Below are positions 16,579 to 25,244 of a DNA stretch of 58,458 nt, piece by piece. Every line of letters begins with the position of its first letter. Position 1 is the stretch's first letter. The notes beneath the pieces are model-generated. The model was given only the letters and a program-made list of their open reading frames with translations, was not told the DNA's origin and did no database searches. The translations under genes and the position numbers were made by a program. The stretch lies in NCBI GenBank assembly GCA_002451155.1, contig DKBG01000127.1, positions 14,924 to 73,381 on the forward strand, read 5' to 3'. This DNA is from Ignavibacteria bacterium UBA6906. GTDB lineage: Bacteria > Bacteroidota > Ignavibacteria > UBA10030 > UBA6906.

Positions 16579-17535
16579 TTAGCCGGCGGGAAGACGGCTT
16601 TCCATTGTTTTGAAGCGGGCTTTGATGGCCGTGTACAGCGTGGGTGCGGTCGTCACACAGAAGATCATGAAGGTTGCGCCGGCGATGAGATCAACAACAT
16701 AATGGTACCGCTGGTACACGGTAGCAAGGATCAGAAGAATCCCGATGCCAAGGATGACCTTCCGAATTCGCAGCGAGTAGCGGAAGGAAAAATAGATGAG
16801 GACGAGCATCATCATCGTGTGCCCGCTTGGGAAGACGTCCCGCTGAGTTCCGGCAATCGCCACAGCATTGGGAACTCCCATTGGGATTGATTCCCCTGCG
16901 TTGACGAACCATCGCAGATAGGGTGTAAGCCAGAGACCCGGGAGATCAGCGTCGAGTGCCGAAAAATCGTGAAGGGTGAACCGGGGGCCTATGGCCGGAA
17001 TGAGAAAGTAGCCGAGATAGGAGAGAAAGAATCCGTAGACACAGGTAAACACAAAGTAATGGAAGAGATTTCTGTTTCCCCGTCTGTAGACCTCGGCTCC
17101 CACGAGGAGAAAGAGAAAATAGAAGGATGTGTAGGCTATCTGCAAGATTTCGGTCAGCACGGGGGTGGAGAATTGCGTCAGCCATTGTGTGGGATCGACA
17201 CCGAAAACCCATCGGTCGATGGCGATAAGCAGATGGTCGTAGTCATGCCCGAGGTGGATCGGGCCGATCATGTAGTAGAGCTCTTTGAAGGAGATGAAGA
17301 CCGCCGGGGGAATGTACCAGTCATGGATTGCCCTGAGGATCGTCGACCCGGTGGTGTGTCTGCTATAGGCCAACAGCAGGATCAGGATCGTCCCGCCACA
17401 GTTGATGAGAACCAGAGTGCCCCAGAGAGGAATCCGCGCCGAAAAAAGCAGATTGATGACAGTCAACAGCGAGAGGAATGCTATGAGGAGGAGATCCGCT
17501 GCGTGGAGATATCGTGTCACCCGGGTGATGTCCAT
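16579..17535 (-). CDS. PAP2_C-type membrane phosphotransferase (Aur1 / sphingomyelin-synthase-like PAP2 superfamily)
   Basis: 318 aa, polytopic. Motifs RDVFPSGHTMMM and RYHYVVDLIAG correspond to the SGHT and HYxxD catalytic motifs of the lipid phosphate phosphatase/phosphotransferase superfamily. Confidence 0.72.
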   Translation of the reverse strand: MDITRVTRYLHAADLLLIAFLSLLTVINLLFSARIPLWGTLVLINCGGTILILLLAYSRHTTGSTILRAIHDWYIPPAVFISFKELYYMIGPIHLGHDYDHLLIAIDRWVFGVDPTQWLTQFSTPVLTEILQIAYTSFYFLFLLVGAEVYRRGNRNLFHYFVFTCVYGFFLSYLGYFLIPAIGPRFTLHDFSALDADLPGLWLTPYLRWFVNAGESIPMGVPNAVAIAGTQRDVFPSGHTMMMLVLIYFSFRYSLRIRKVILGIGILLILATVYQRYHYVVDLIAGATFMIFCVTTAPTLYTAIKARFKTMESRLPAG

Positions 17536-17553
17536 ACGGACGGCTCTGCTTCC

Positions 17554-18429
17554 TCAGCGGGAATCTGTAAAGCGCACACAATGATTGGCCAGCCTGGCCA
17601 GGGTTGCCAGGTCAAGAGCTTCCGGCCTGTTCCGCAAATCGAGATCGTCGGGCGGCGTCCAGGTCACGTCGCCCATAAAGGCGCGAAGCGAATTGCGAAG
17701 CGTTTTTCGCCGTTGTCCAAACACAAACCGAACCATTGCTCTGAAAAATTCGAAGTTGTCGACCTGACACCGGAGAGCGCTGAGTGGAGTGAGGCGGACC
17801 ATTGTGGACATTACCTGTGGCTTCGGGAAAAACGCATTAGGGGAAACGTCAAACAAAAGGCGGACATCCGCCTGCAGTCCGCAGAGGACCGCAAGAATAC
17901 CGTATTCCCGGGTTCCCGGTCTTGCCACAAGACGCCGTGCAACCTCCCGTTGCATCATGAGGGTTGCATCCTGGAACGCCTCCCTGGCCTCAAGGAGACG
18001 AAACAGAATCGGGGAAGTGATGTTGTAGGGGATGTTTCCAACAATCCGGAGCGCTTCCCCCGGGAGACACTCCCCGGCCACGCGGTGAAGATCCAGATCA
18101 AGGACATCTTGATGGAGCAGCCGAATGTCCCCCGGGTGGAAGCGGCGCTTCAGATACTCCACTGCCCTCCCGTCAATCTCCACGGCGATCAGTTCCCGCA
18201 CTTTCCCGACAAGCCGCTCGGTTAGCACTCCCGTGCCCGGTCCAATCTCAAGGACTCTGTCTTCAGGGTAAACATCCATCGAATCGATGATTTTCCGAGC
18301 GATGTTTGGATCCTGAAGAAAGTTCTGCCCAAGCGATTTCTTCGGACGCATGGCATGCCGGTTTGGTCCTTTCCGGCCTTTTGAGCCACGCAAGGATTTC
18401 TGGCCCCCTCGATTTCTGGTCTGCGCCAT
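17554..18429 (-). CDS. rsmA: 16S rRNA (adenine1518/1519-N6)-dimethyltransferase
   Basis: KKSLGQNFLQDPNIARKII and VLEIGPGTGVLTERL. The start is set at ATG 18427-18429 (MAQTRNRGG...), the first in-frame ATG downstream of the TTGACA-N17-TATATT promoter. ATG 18351 (MRPKKSLGQNFL) is an alternative. Confidence 0.88.
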   Translation of the reverse strand: MAQTRNRGGQKSLRGSKGRKGPNRHAMRPKKSLGQNFLQDPNIARKIIDSMDVYPEDRVLEIGPGTGVLTERLVGKVRELIAVEIDGRAVEYLKRRFHPGDIRLLHQDVLDLDLHRVAGECLPGEALRIVGNIPYNITSPILFRLLEAREAFQDATLMMQREVARRLVARPGTREYGILAVLCGLQADVRLLFDVSPNAFFPKPQVMSTMVRLTPLSALRCQVDNFEFFRAMVRFVFGQRRKTLRNSLRAFMGDVTWTPPDDLDLRNRPEALDLATLARLANHCVRFTDSR

Positions 18430-18465
18430 CCGGCGCTTCTCGCTCTTCAACCATAAAGAACATAA

Positions 18466-18494
18466 AATATAGACAAGCATCGGTCGATTGTCAA
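18466..18494 (-). promoter_or_regulatory. Candidate sigma70 promoter of rsmA and the PAP2_C gene
   Basis: The minus strand reads TTGACA-N17-TATATT in an AT-rich gap. Confidence 0.55.
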
Positions 18495-18498
18495 CGCG

Positions 18499-18527
18499 TT
18501 GCATTTCAGACACGAATTGGTTAGAAT
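18499..18527 (+). promoter_or_regulatory. Candidate sigma70 promoter of the glycosylation island
   Basis: TTGCAT-N17-TAGAAT. Its -35 box lies 4 nt from the divergent rsmA -35 box. It is about 28 nt upstream of ATG 18555. Confidence 0.5.
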
Positions 18528-18554
18528 CATGATATTCTTCTCAAAGACGACATT

Positions 18555-19637
18555 ATGGCCGACCAACATCCCGACGCCACCACGGCGTCCCAGCAGACAC
18601 CCCCGCCGCCTCGTCCTCAGGAGCAAAAACGCACCCAGCCCCCGGGACGCGGGCAGCACCCGCAGGGCCGCGGGGCCCCGCAACGCCAAGGCCCGCAGCA
18701 GGGCCCTCCGGTGGACATCAGCGTGGTAATCCCATTGTACAACGAAGAAGACTCTCTCCGGGATCTGCATCAACAGCTCCGCGGCGTGCTTGGACGCATG
18801 AACGCCCGGTACGAGGTTCTCTATATAGACGACGGCAGCACCGACCGCTCGTTCCACATTCTACGCGATCTCAAGCGAAATGACCGACGTGTGAAGGTCA
18901 TCAGATTTCGAAGGAATTATGGGAAGTCTGCTGCCCTTTCGGTTGGATTTGAGAAGGCTCAGGGCAATATCGTTTACACGATGGATGCCGACCTGCAGGA
19001 TGACCCGGCGGAGCTTCCGGGGCTTCGTAAGCGTCTGGAGGAGGGCTTTGACCTGGTATCAGGGTGGAAGAAACGTCGCCGGGATCCAATTACAAAGACG
19101 ATTCCGTCCAGGTTTTTCAACTTTATCACCCGCCTGATGACCGGCATCCGAATCCATGACTTCAACTGTGGCTTGAAAGTGTACCGCAGGGAGGTTGTGA
19201 AAACTGTCAAGATATACGGTGAACTCCACCGATACGTTCCGGTCCTTGCGCACTGGGAGGGCTTCCGCATCGGAGAGCAGGTGGTACAGCATCGCCCGCG
19301 ACGGTATGGAAAGAGCAAATTCGGAATCGGCCGTTTCTGGAAGGGGTTTCTTGACCTTCTCACAGCACTTTTCACTACACGGTATCTTCGCAGGCCGCTT
19401 CATCTGTTTGGGTTCTGGGGGATGTGCAGCGCCCTGGCCGGTCTAGGGATTGTTGTATGGCTCTCCGTTGAGAAGATCATGGTGGGAACTGCCCTCAGTA
19501 ATCGGCCTCTCTTCCTGGGCGGGATTCTGCTTCTGATCGTCGGCATCCAATTCATTTCGATCGGACTCCTTGGGGAGATGATCAGCCGCACCCGTACATC
19601 AGACGTAGAATACTCGATCCGGGATTATCTCAAATAA
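18555..19637 (+). CDS. GT2 polyprenyl-phosphate glycosyltransferase (DPM1/GtrB/CsbB-like) with P/Q/G-rich N-terminal extension
   Basis: 360 aa. ISVVIPLYNEEDSL, YIDDGSTD, MDADLQDDP. Two C-terminal TM helices ending in IGLLGEMI. Residues 1-52 are low-complexity (QQTPPPPRPQEQKRTQPPGRGQHPQGRG...). An alternative GTG start lies at 18711. Confidence 0.85.
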   Translation: MADQHPDATTASQQTPPPPRPQEQKRTQPPGRGQHPQGRGAPQRQGPQQGPPVDISVVIPLYNEEDSLRDLHQQLRGVLGRMNARYEVLYIDDGSTDRSFHILRDLKRNDRRVKVIRFRRNYGKSAALSVGFEKAQGNIVYTMDADLQDDPAELPGLRKRLEEGFDLVSGWKKRRRDPITKTIPSRFFNFITRLMTGIRIHDFNCGLKVYRREVVKTVKIYGELHRYVPVLAHWEGFRIGEQVVQHRPRRYGKSKFGIGRFWKGFLDLLTALFTTRYLRRPLHLFGFWGMCSALAGLGIVVWLSVEKIMVGTALSNRPLFLGGILLLIVGIQFISIGLLGEMISRTRTSDVEYSIRDYLK

Positions 19638-19645
19638 GCGACAGG

Positions 19646-20779
19646 GTGACGATGCGAGACGCGAAGCCCTGGGCCAGGGTTGACATTCTTCGTACGGACT
19701 GCCGGTGGTTTCGTGGCGATCTTCCCTGTCGGCCTCACAAGGAATCCGCTGTTCACTGCATCGACGATACGGGGAATGTCTGTTCCTGGTACGACCCCCA
19801 GGCAGGCAATGTTCTCATCATCAAACTCGGCGCGATTGGCGACGTCATCAGGACAACACCGATCGTGCGCCGTCTCCGTTCCAGCCAACCACGGCCGCGG
19901 ATCTGGTGGCTGACACTCACACCCGAGATTATCAGTTCCGTCGTCGACGTCGCTCTTCCGTTCTCACCCCAGAGTCTCGCCACGCTCCACGCGGTCTCAT
20001 TTGACGCCCTCTACAACCTCGACAAGGACAGGGAAGCCTGCGCACTTGCCGCAACGCTTACTGCCCGGGTGAAGAAAGGGTTCACCCTCATCGACGGAAA
20101 GCCCGCTCCCATAGATTCCGACGCGGGACACAAATTCATGACCGGTGTGTTCGACGACCTCAGCCGGGACAACACCAGAAGCTATCCTGCAGAAGTGTTT
20201 GAGATTTGCGGCTTTCCATATCACGGCGAGCGGTACCTCCTGGACGCTCCGGGCGGAATGAACCCTCTGTTCAAAGCCGCGGGGCGCAGACCCGTTGTCG
20301 GACTCAACACGGGATGCGGGGGAAGGTGGGTCACACGCCTTTGGCCGGAGAAGTACTGGATCAGCCTGGCAAAGCGGTTGAAGAGAGCGGGATACGCCGT
20401 GCTCCTGCTCGGCGGAGAACAGGAGCATGCAAAGAATCGGCGCATCGCCAGGCAATCAGGCGCCCGGTATCCCGGTCATTTTCCGCTCAGTCAGTTCATG
20501 AACCTCGTGAACCAGTGCGATCTCGTCGTAACGGCCGTAACGATGGCACTCCATATTGCGATCGGGCTGGAAAAAAGGGTGGTCCTGTTCAATAACATTT
20601 TCAACAGGAATGAATTTGAGCTGTACGGTCTCGGGGAGGTTCTTGAGCCCGAGGGCGAGTGCTCCTGCTACTATGCACCCGTTTGCACGGACCCGCGTCA
20701 TGCACCGAGTGGTTGCATGCATGCCCTGAGCGTGGAAACGGTATTTCGCAGTATCACCCGCCTGCTTCCGAAGTCCTGA
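19646..20779 (+). CDS. GT9-family glycosyltransferase (heptosyltransferase-like) with two 4-Cys clusters
   Basis: 377 aa. VLIIKLGAIGDVIRTTPIVRRL is a typical GT9 N-terminal motif. Cys clusters C-x8-C-x9-C-x7-C (aa 19-46) and C-x-C-x5-C-x9-C (aa 339-357). The track start is GTG 19646; ATG 19652 is an alternative. Confidence 0.8.
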   Translation: MTMRDAKPWARVDILRTDCRWFRGDLPCRPHKESAVHCIDDTGNVCSWYDPQAGNVLIIKLGAIGDVIRTTPIVRRLRSSQPRPRIWWLTLTPEIISSVVDVALPFSPQSLATLHAVSFDALYNLDKDREACALAATLTARVKKGFTLIDGKPAPIDSDAGHKFMTGVFDDLSRDNTRSYPAEVFEICGFPYHGERYLLDAPGGMNPLFKAAGRRPVVGLNTGCGGRWVTRLWPEKYWISLAKRLKRAGYAVLLLGGEQEHAKNRRIARQSGARYPGHFPLSQFMNLVNQCDLVVTAVTMALHIAIGLEKRVVLFNNIFNRNEFELYGLGEVLEPEGECSCYYAPVCTDPRHAPSGCMHALSVETVFRSITRLLPKS

Positions 20780-20791
20780 CTGCTCCCGCGT

Positions 20792-23143
20792 ATGGGCAAG
20801 TCATCCTCTAAAATTCCACCCTCTCACCGACCATCGTCACTGCGGGGCGACGCACCTGCCCACCGTCCTCTTGCGCTCAAGGACTGGCACGTACTCATCT
20901 TCCTCGGCGTTCTGCTGGCAATACTCTTCAGAACGATTCTCGCGGGCACCGCCTTCTTCTGGGAAGATTTCCTGTATCAGAACTATCCATTCAGGAATTT
21001 TGCCGCCACGTCGCTCGCCGCAGGAGATCTTCCCCTCTGGAATCCTTATACGTTTGACGGCATGCCGTTCCTGGCCGATATCCAGACCACGGTGTTCTAC
21101 CTTCCCAGCCTGCTGCTCACCCTGTTTGTCAGCGGCGGGAGGCTGAATTTCTACTGGCTCGAACTGGTCATTATTCTTCATTTCTTTCTGGCCGGAGTGT
21201 CAATGTACTACCTGGCCAGATCCTTTGCCCTGGAACGGATCCCGTCTCTCTTTGCCGGCGCGGCATACATGCTGTCCGGATTCATGGTGGCGCATGCGAT
21301 CCATCAACAAATGGTCGGCGTGGTTGCGTGGGCTCCCCTAATCCTGTTGCTCTTCCGAAAGACGCTTGCTGATCCCCGGGGTATCTGGGTTTTCCTTGGC
21401 GGACTCGTTCTCGGTCACTCTATTCTTGCCGGATTTCCGCAGCTTTCTCTCTACTTCTACACGTTTTTCGCCGCCTTTGTGGTTTTCGAGCTTGTTACAA
21501 CTTATCCGGGGAGGAAGATCATCTCCCCCCGTGCCCTCAGCGCCGCAGGAAGGGTTGCGGCAATCTTTCTGCTCTCTCTAGGCGTCGCAGCACTCCAGCT
21601 CCTGCCCACCATGGAACTGTCCCCGCTCTCGCAGCGCGCCGAGATCACCTACCAGAAAGCGACGGAGGGCTCCCTCGCATGGGAGCAAATCCTGACATTT
21701 CTCTATCCGAAGTTCTTCGGGACATCCACTTCACAGGAATACCGGTACTGGGGGCCGGGGCCGTACTGGCATTACTGGGAGACCTGTGTATATCTCGGGG
21801 CGCTTCCGTTGCTGCTCGGCATCCTTGCGTCCACTTCCTTCCGGCGGAGCAAGTATGTTGTCTTCTTTCTGGGAGCCGCGGTGTTCGCCCTCCTGTTCGC
21901 CCTCGGGGGCAACATGTTCGTTCACCGTCTGTTCTTCTCTTTCGTCCCCGGCTTTTCACTCTTCCGGAACCCGGCCCGGATAGGAATACTTGTGGCGTTC
22001 GCGTTCGCCCTGCTCTCCGCTTTCTCCCTGGACCGTATCCTGTACCGCGAGCAGACTGCCCGGTCCAGAAAGACCCAGCGAACGATCGTCCTCACGATAT
22101 CTGGTGCCGCGCTTCTCGTCTGGTTGTTCGCCACGACCGGCGCTCTAACGAGCATTTTCCCGTTTCTCCGGGATCCCAGAATTCTCGAGACGGTCAGATC
22201 AACGACAGCGGTGGAGATCCTGGTCATCATTCTGTCGGCGGGCCTTGTCACCGCGCTCGTGCTCAACAGGTGGAAGATCACGCTGGCCGGTCCTCTGCTT
22301 CTCATTGTTCTTCTGGCTGACATCACCCAGTTCGGCGGCGGTCAATTTGCTTCGCCTCTCAGTCCTGATGCATACTTCTCCAGGGCAGTGCCCCTCACCT
22401 CATTCCTTCGGCAGGAAGGAAAATCAGAGATTTTTCGCGTCAATACCCGTGCTCCCCGGGGGATGATTCTCGACCGCAACCAGGGGATGGTCGACCGCAT
22501 ATTCATGATGGAGGGATACACGCCTCTGGCGCTCCAGCGAGTGTATCCTCCGATGCGATCAGGGGACCAGATGCTCGACCTTCTCAACATCAAGTACAAG
22601 ACGGTGGTCGACGACGCCGGGTCCGCCCGGCTCGTTCCTCATCCCACGTACCTCCCGCGGGCATTTTTTGTATACGACATATGCGTTGTGCAATCCGAGG
22701 CCGAGCTCCGCGACACCCTGCAAAGCCCTACGTTCAACCACCGGACGACAGCAGTTCTCGAACAGATTCCTCTGTTCCGACCAGCGGTTCCAGCGGATCC
22801 CCCAAAATGGTCCGCTACAATCACGGGCTATTCAAACACCCTGATCACACTTGATGTCACGACCAGTGTGCCAGGGCTCCTCATGCTGAGCGAGACATAT
22901 TATCCTGGATGGCGTGCCTATGTCGACGGTGATCAAACGGATATCTACCGAACGGATTACAGCCTGCGAAGTCTGTGTGTCCCGGCAGGATCTCATCGGA
23001 TCGAGGTACGCTTCCAACCGGAATCCTTTTTTCACGGGGTTCTCATAAGCATCACCACGTGTCTTCTCTGCGCAGCAGGTATTGGTCTTTCACTCTTTCG
23101 TTCACTTCGACTCCACAACAGCGGGCAGGAGAAACTTTCCTGA
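20792..23143 (+). CDS. YfhO-family polytopic membrane protein (GT-C-type glycosyltransferase candidate), copy 1
   Basis: 783 aa, more than 12 TM helices. N-terminal FWEDFLYQNYPFRNF...LPLWNPYTFDGMPFLAD. C-terminal soluble domain with YYPGWRAYVDGDQTDIYRTDYSLRSLCVPAGSHRIEVRF. Confidence 0.78.
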   Translation: MGKSSSKIPPSHRPSSLRGDAPAHRPLALKDWHVLIFLGVLLAILFRTILAGTAFFWEDFLYQNYPFRNFAATSLAAGDLPLWNPYTFDGMPFLADIQTTVFYLPSLLLTLFVSGGRLNFYWLELVIILHFFLAGVSMYYLARSFALERIPSLFAGAAYMLSGFMVAHAIHQQMVGVVAWAPLILLLFRKTLADPRGIWVFLGGLVLGHSILAGFPQLSLYFYTFFAAFVVFELVTTYPGRKIISPRALSAAGRVAAIFLLSLGVAALQLLPTMELSPLSQRAEITYQKATEGSLAWEQILTFLYPKFFGTSTSQEYRYWGPGPYWHYWETCVYLGALPLLLGILASTSFRRSKYVVFFLGAAVFALLFALGGNMFVHRLFFSFVPGFSLFRNPARIGILVAFAFALLSAFSLDRILYREQTARSRKTQRTIVLTISGAALLVWLFATTGALTSIFPFLRDPRILETVRSTTAVEILVIILSAGLVTALVLNRWKITLAGPLLLIVLLADITQFGGGQFASPLSPDAYFSRAVPLTSFLRQEGKSEIFRVNTRAPRGMILDRNQGMVDRIFMMEGYTPLALQRVYPPMRSGDQMLDLLNIKYKTVVDDAGSARLVPHPTYLPRAFFVYDICVVQSEAELRDTLQSPTFNHRTTAVLEQIPLFRPAVPADPPKWSATITGYSNTLITLDVTTSVPGLLMLSETYYPGWRAYVDGDQTDIYRTDYSLRSLCVPAGSHRIEVRFQPESFFHGVLISITTCLLCAAGIGLSLFRSLRLHNSGQEKLS

Positions 23144-23148
23144 ACACC

Positions 23149-24123
23149 ATGTATTCAATCGTCATCCCCATTTTCAATGAGGAGCGGATTCTCAGGGAGC
23201 TCCGGCGTCGCGTGCAGGAAGCGATTGCCTCCCTTGATGCCCCTGTCGAAATCATCCTGGTGGACGATGGGAGCACTGATGATTCGTTTCCTATCATGAA
23301 GGAGATTCACCGGCTGGACAGGCGTTTCAAGGCATTGCGTCTTTCCAGGAATTTCGGCCACCAGGTGGCACTATCCGCCGGCCTCGACGTGACCCGCGGG
23401 GACGCGGTTTTCCTTATGGATGGGGATCTTCAGGACCCGCCGGAGCTTATGGCGACGATGCTCCGCCACTGGAAGGACGGATACCAGGTCGTGTACACCG
23501 TCAAGCGGAGCAGGAAGGAAAACCCTGTCAAACGCCTCGCGTTTCGCGCATTCTATCGGGTTCTCCATGCCCTGTCGACAGTCCGGATTCCCATGGAGGC
23601 CGGCAATTTTTCACTGCTGGATCGAACGGTCGTTGACGTCCTGAAGTCAATGCCGGAACGAAACCGCTTCATCAGCGGGATGCGAGCATGGGCGGGCTTC
23701 CGTCAGATCGGGGTTGAATATGATCGTGACGCACGGTTCGCCGGCAAGGCACAAATGTCACTCAGCCGCCTTGTGGATCTGGCACTGGATGGCATCTTCT
23801 CTTTCTCAAAGGCCCCGTTGCGCATGGCGGTCTACATCGGACTCGCATCCGCTCTCGTTTCATTTCTCGGTGGCACCTATGTGCTGTACGAGAAGCTTTT
23901 TACTGACCGGGCCATCCTGGGTTGGGCCTCAACGATTATTTCCATCACGTTTCTCGGCGGCCTGATTCTCATGACACTGGGGATTGTCGGAGAGTACATC
24001 GGGCGCATCTACGACGAGGTCAAACGTCGTCCGCTCTACATTATCCAGGAAATCGTCGGGCTACCGGCCACCTCGCCCGTCCGGAAGGTGCGGAGACGAT
24101 CTTCCAGATCAGTCCCACGATGA
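23149..24123 (+). CDS. GT2 polyprenyl-phosphate glycosyltransferase (GtrB/ArnC/CsbB-like), copy 2
   Basis: The start is set at ATG 23149 (MYSIVIPIFNEE...). VDDGSTDDS, MDGDLQDPP. Two C-terminal TM helices and the GEYIGRIYDEVKRRPLYII tail typical of GtrB/ArnC. The track ORF from 22975 overlaps the upstream gene. Confidence 0.88.
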   Translation: MYSIVIPIFNEERILRELRRRVQEAIASLDAPVEIILVDDGSTDDSFPIMKEIHRLDRRFKALRLSRNFGHQVALSAGLDVTRGDAVFLMDGDLQDPPELMATMLRHWKDGYQVVYTVKRSRKENPVKRLAFRAFYRVLHALSTVRIPMEAGNFSLLDRTVVDVLKSMPERNRFISGMRAWAGFRQIGVEYDRDARFAGKAQMSLSRLVDLALDGIFSFSKAPLRMAVYIGLASALVSFLGGTYVLYEKLFTDRAILGWASTIISITFLGGLILMTLGIVGEYIGRIYDEVKRRPLYIIQEIVGLPATSPVRKVRRRSSRSVPR

Positions 24124-25244
24124 AAATCATACTGCTTGGTACGGCATATCCACTTCGCGGGGGGATTGCCCATTACAACGCACTCCTTGCAGAAGCGCTG
24201 AGGAAGCGGCATCACGTCGAGACGATCACGTTCAAGCGTCAGTATCCCCGCATCTTCTTTCCGGGCAGCACACAGCAAGAAACTGGCGATCAGTTGCACG
24301 GAGAAGCTGCACCGCAGCTCGTTGATTCCGTCAATCCGCTGAACTGGGCGCATGTCGGCGCGGAGATCAGGCGCCGACAGCCGGACCTGTTGATCATGAA
24401 ATACTGGATCCCGTTTTTTGGCCCCTGTTTTGGCACGATCGCCCGCTTTGCCAGACGTGGAACACGGACGAAGGTGCTGGTCATTTGTGACAACGTTCTG
24501 CCTCATGAGCGCCGGCCGTTCGACAGGTTGTTCACCCGCTACGCATTCTCCGCCGCCGACTTCTTTGTCGTTCAATCTGCTGCCGTAGAGAGGGATCTCC
24601 GCTCATTCTGGCCGCAGGCTGTCTATCGCAATGTTCCTCATCCCCTCTATACCTTCTTCGGCGACCCGGTACCGAAAGATGCCGCCCGGCGGGCGCTTCG
24701 CATTCCCGCGGAACGCGTCATTCTCTTCTTTGGCTATGTCAGGCGCTACAAGGGTCTCCACATCCTGCTCGACGCCATGAAGGAGCTGGATCCCACCCTC
24801 GGCGTCCACTGCGTCGTTGCCGGAGAGTTCTACGACGACGAGGGTGCATACCAGGATCAGATTGACGCGCTCGGCCTGCGTGCCCGCGTGACAATCCGGG
24901 CAGGCTACCTGCCGAACGAACAGGTTGGGGCGTATGTCTCGGCCGCCGACGCCGTCGTGCTCCCCTACCTTTCCGCAACACAGAGTGGGATTGCGCAGAT
25001 CGCGTACAATTTTGACACCCCCGTTATTGCCGCCGACGTCGGGGGCCTGGCAGAGGTTGTGCGGAACGATCTCACCGGTCTTGTCGTTCCTCCCGGCAGT
25101 CCGTCACTCCTTGCCAGGGCCATCGAACGGTTTTACCGAGAGGGTCTCGCGACACGCTTCATCCCCGCCATACACGAGGAGAAGAAACGATACACATGGG
25201 ATTCGCTCACGGCGGCAATAGAAGACCTGGCAGGGGGAACATGA
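24120..25244 (+). CDS. GT4-family glycosyltransferase
   Basis: The start is set at ATG 24120 (MKIILLGTAYPLRGGIAHYN), giving an ATGA overlap with the upstream stop. The C-terminal half has the GT4 E-x7-E region (YLSATQSGIAQIAYNFDTPVIA). Confidence 0.85.
   Translation: MKIILLGTAYPLRGGIAHYNALLAEALRKRHHVETITFKRQYPRIFFPGSTQQETGDQLHGEAAPQLVDSVNPLNWAHVGAEIRRRQPDLLIMKYWIPFFGPCFGTIARFARRGTRTKVLVICDNVLPHERRPFDRLFTRYAFSAADFFVVQSAAVERDLRSFWPQAVYRNVPHPLYTFFGDPVPKDAARRALRIPAERVILFFGYVRRYKGLHILLDAMKELDPTLGVHCVVAGEFYDDEGAYQDQIDALGLRARVTIRAGYLPNEQVGAYVSAADAVVLPYLSATQSGIAQIAYNFDTPVIAADVGGLAEVVRNDLTGLVVPPGSPSLLARAIERFYREGLATRFIPAIHEEKKRYTWDSLTAAIEDLAGGT

Noticed and set aside
16969-18225. A 418-aa plus-strand ORF spanning the PAP2_C gene and rsmA in antisense.
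   Set aside because: The opposite strand carries two genes with unmistakable family motifs (SGHT/HYxxD; KKSLGQNFL, EIGPGTG). The ORF crosses their intergenic gap and has an R/G/P/E-rich, motif-free composition typical of shadow ORFs in GC-rich DNA.
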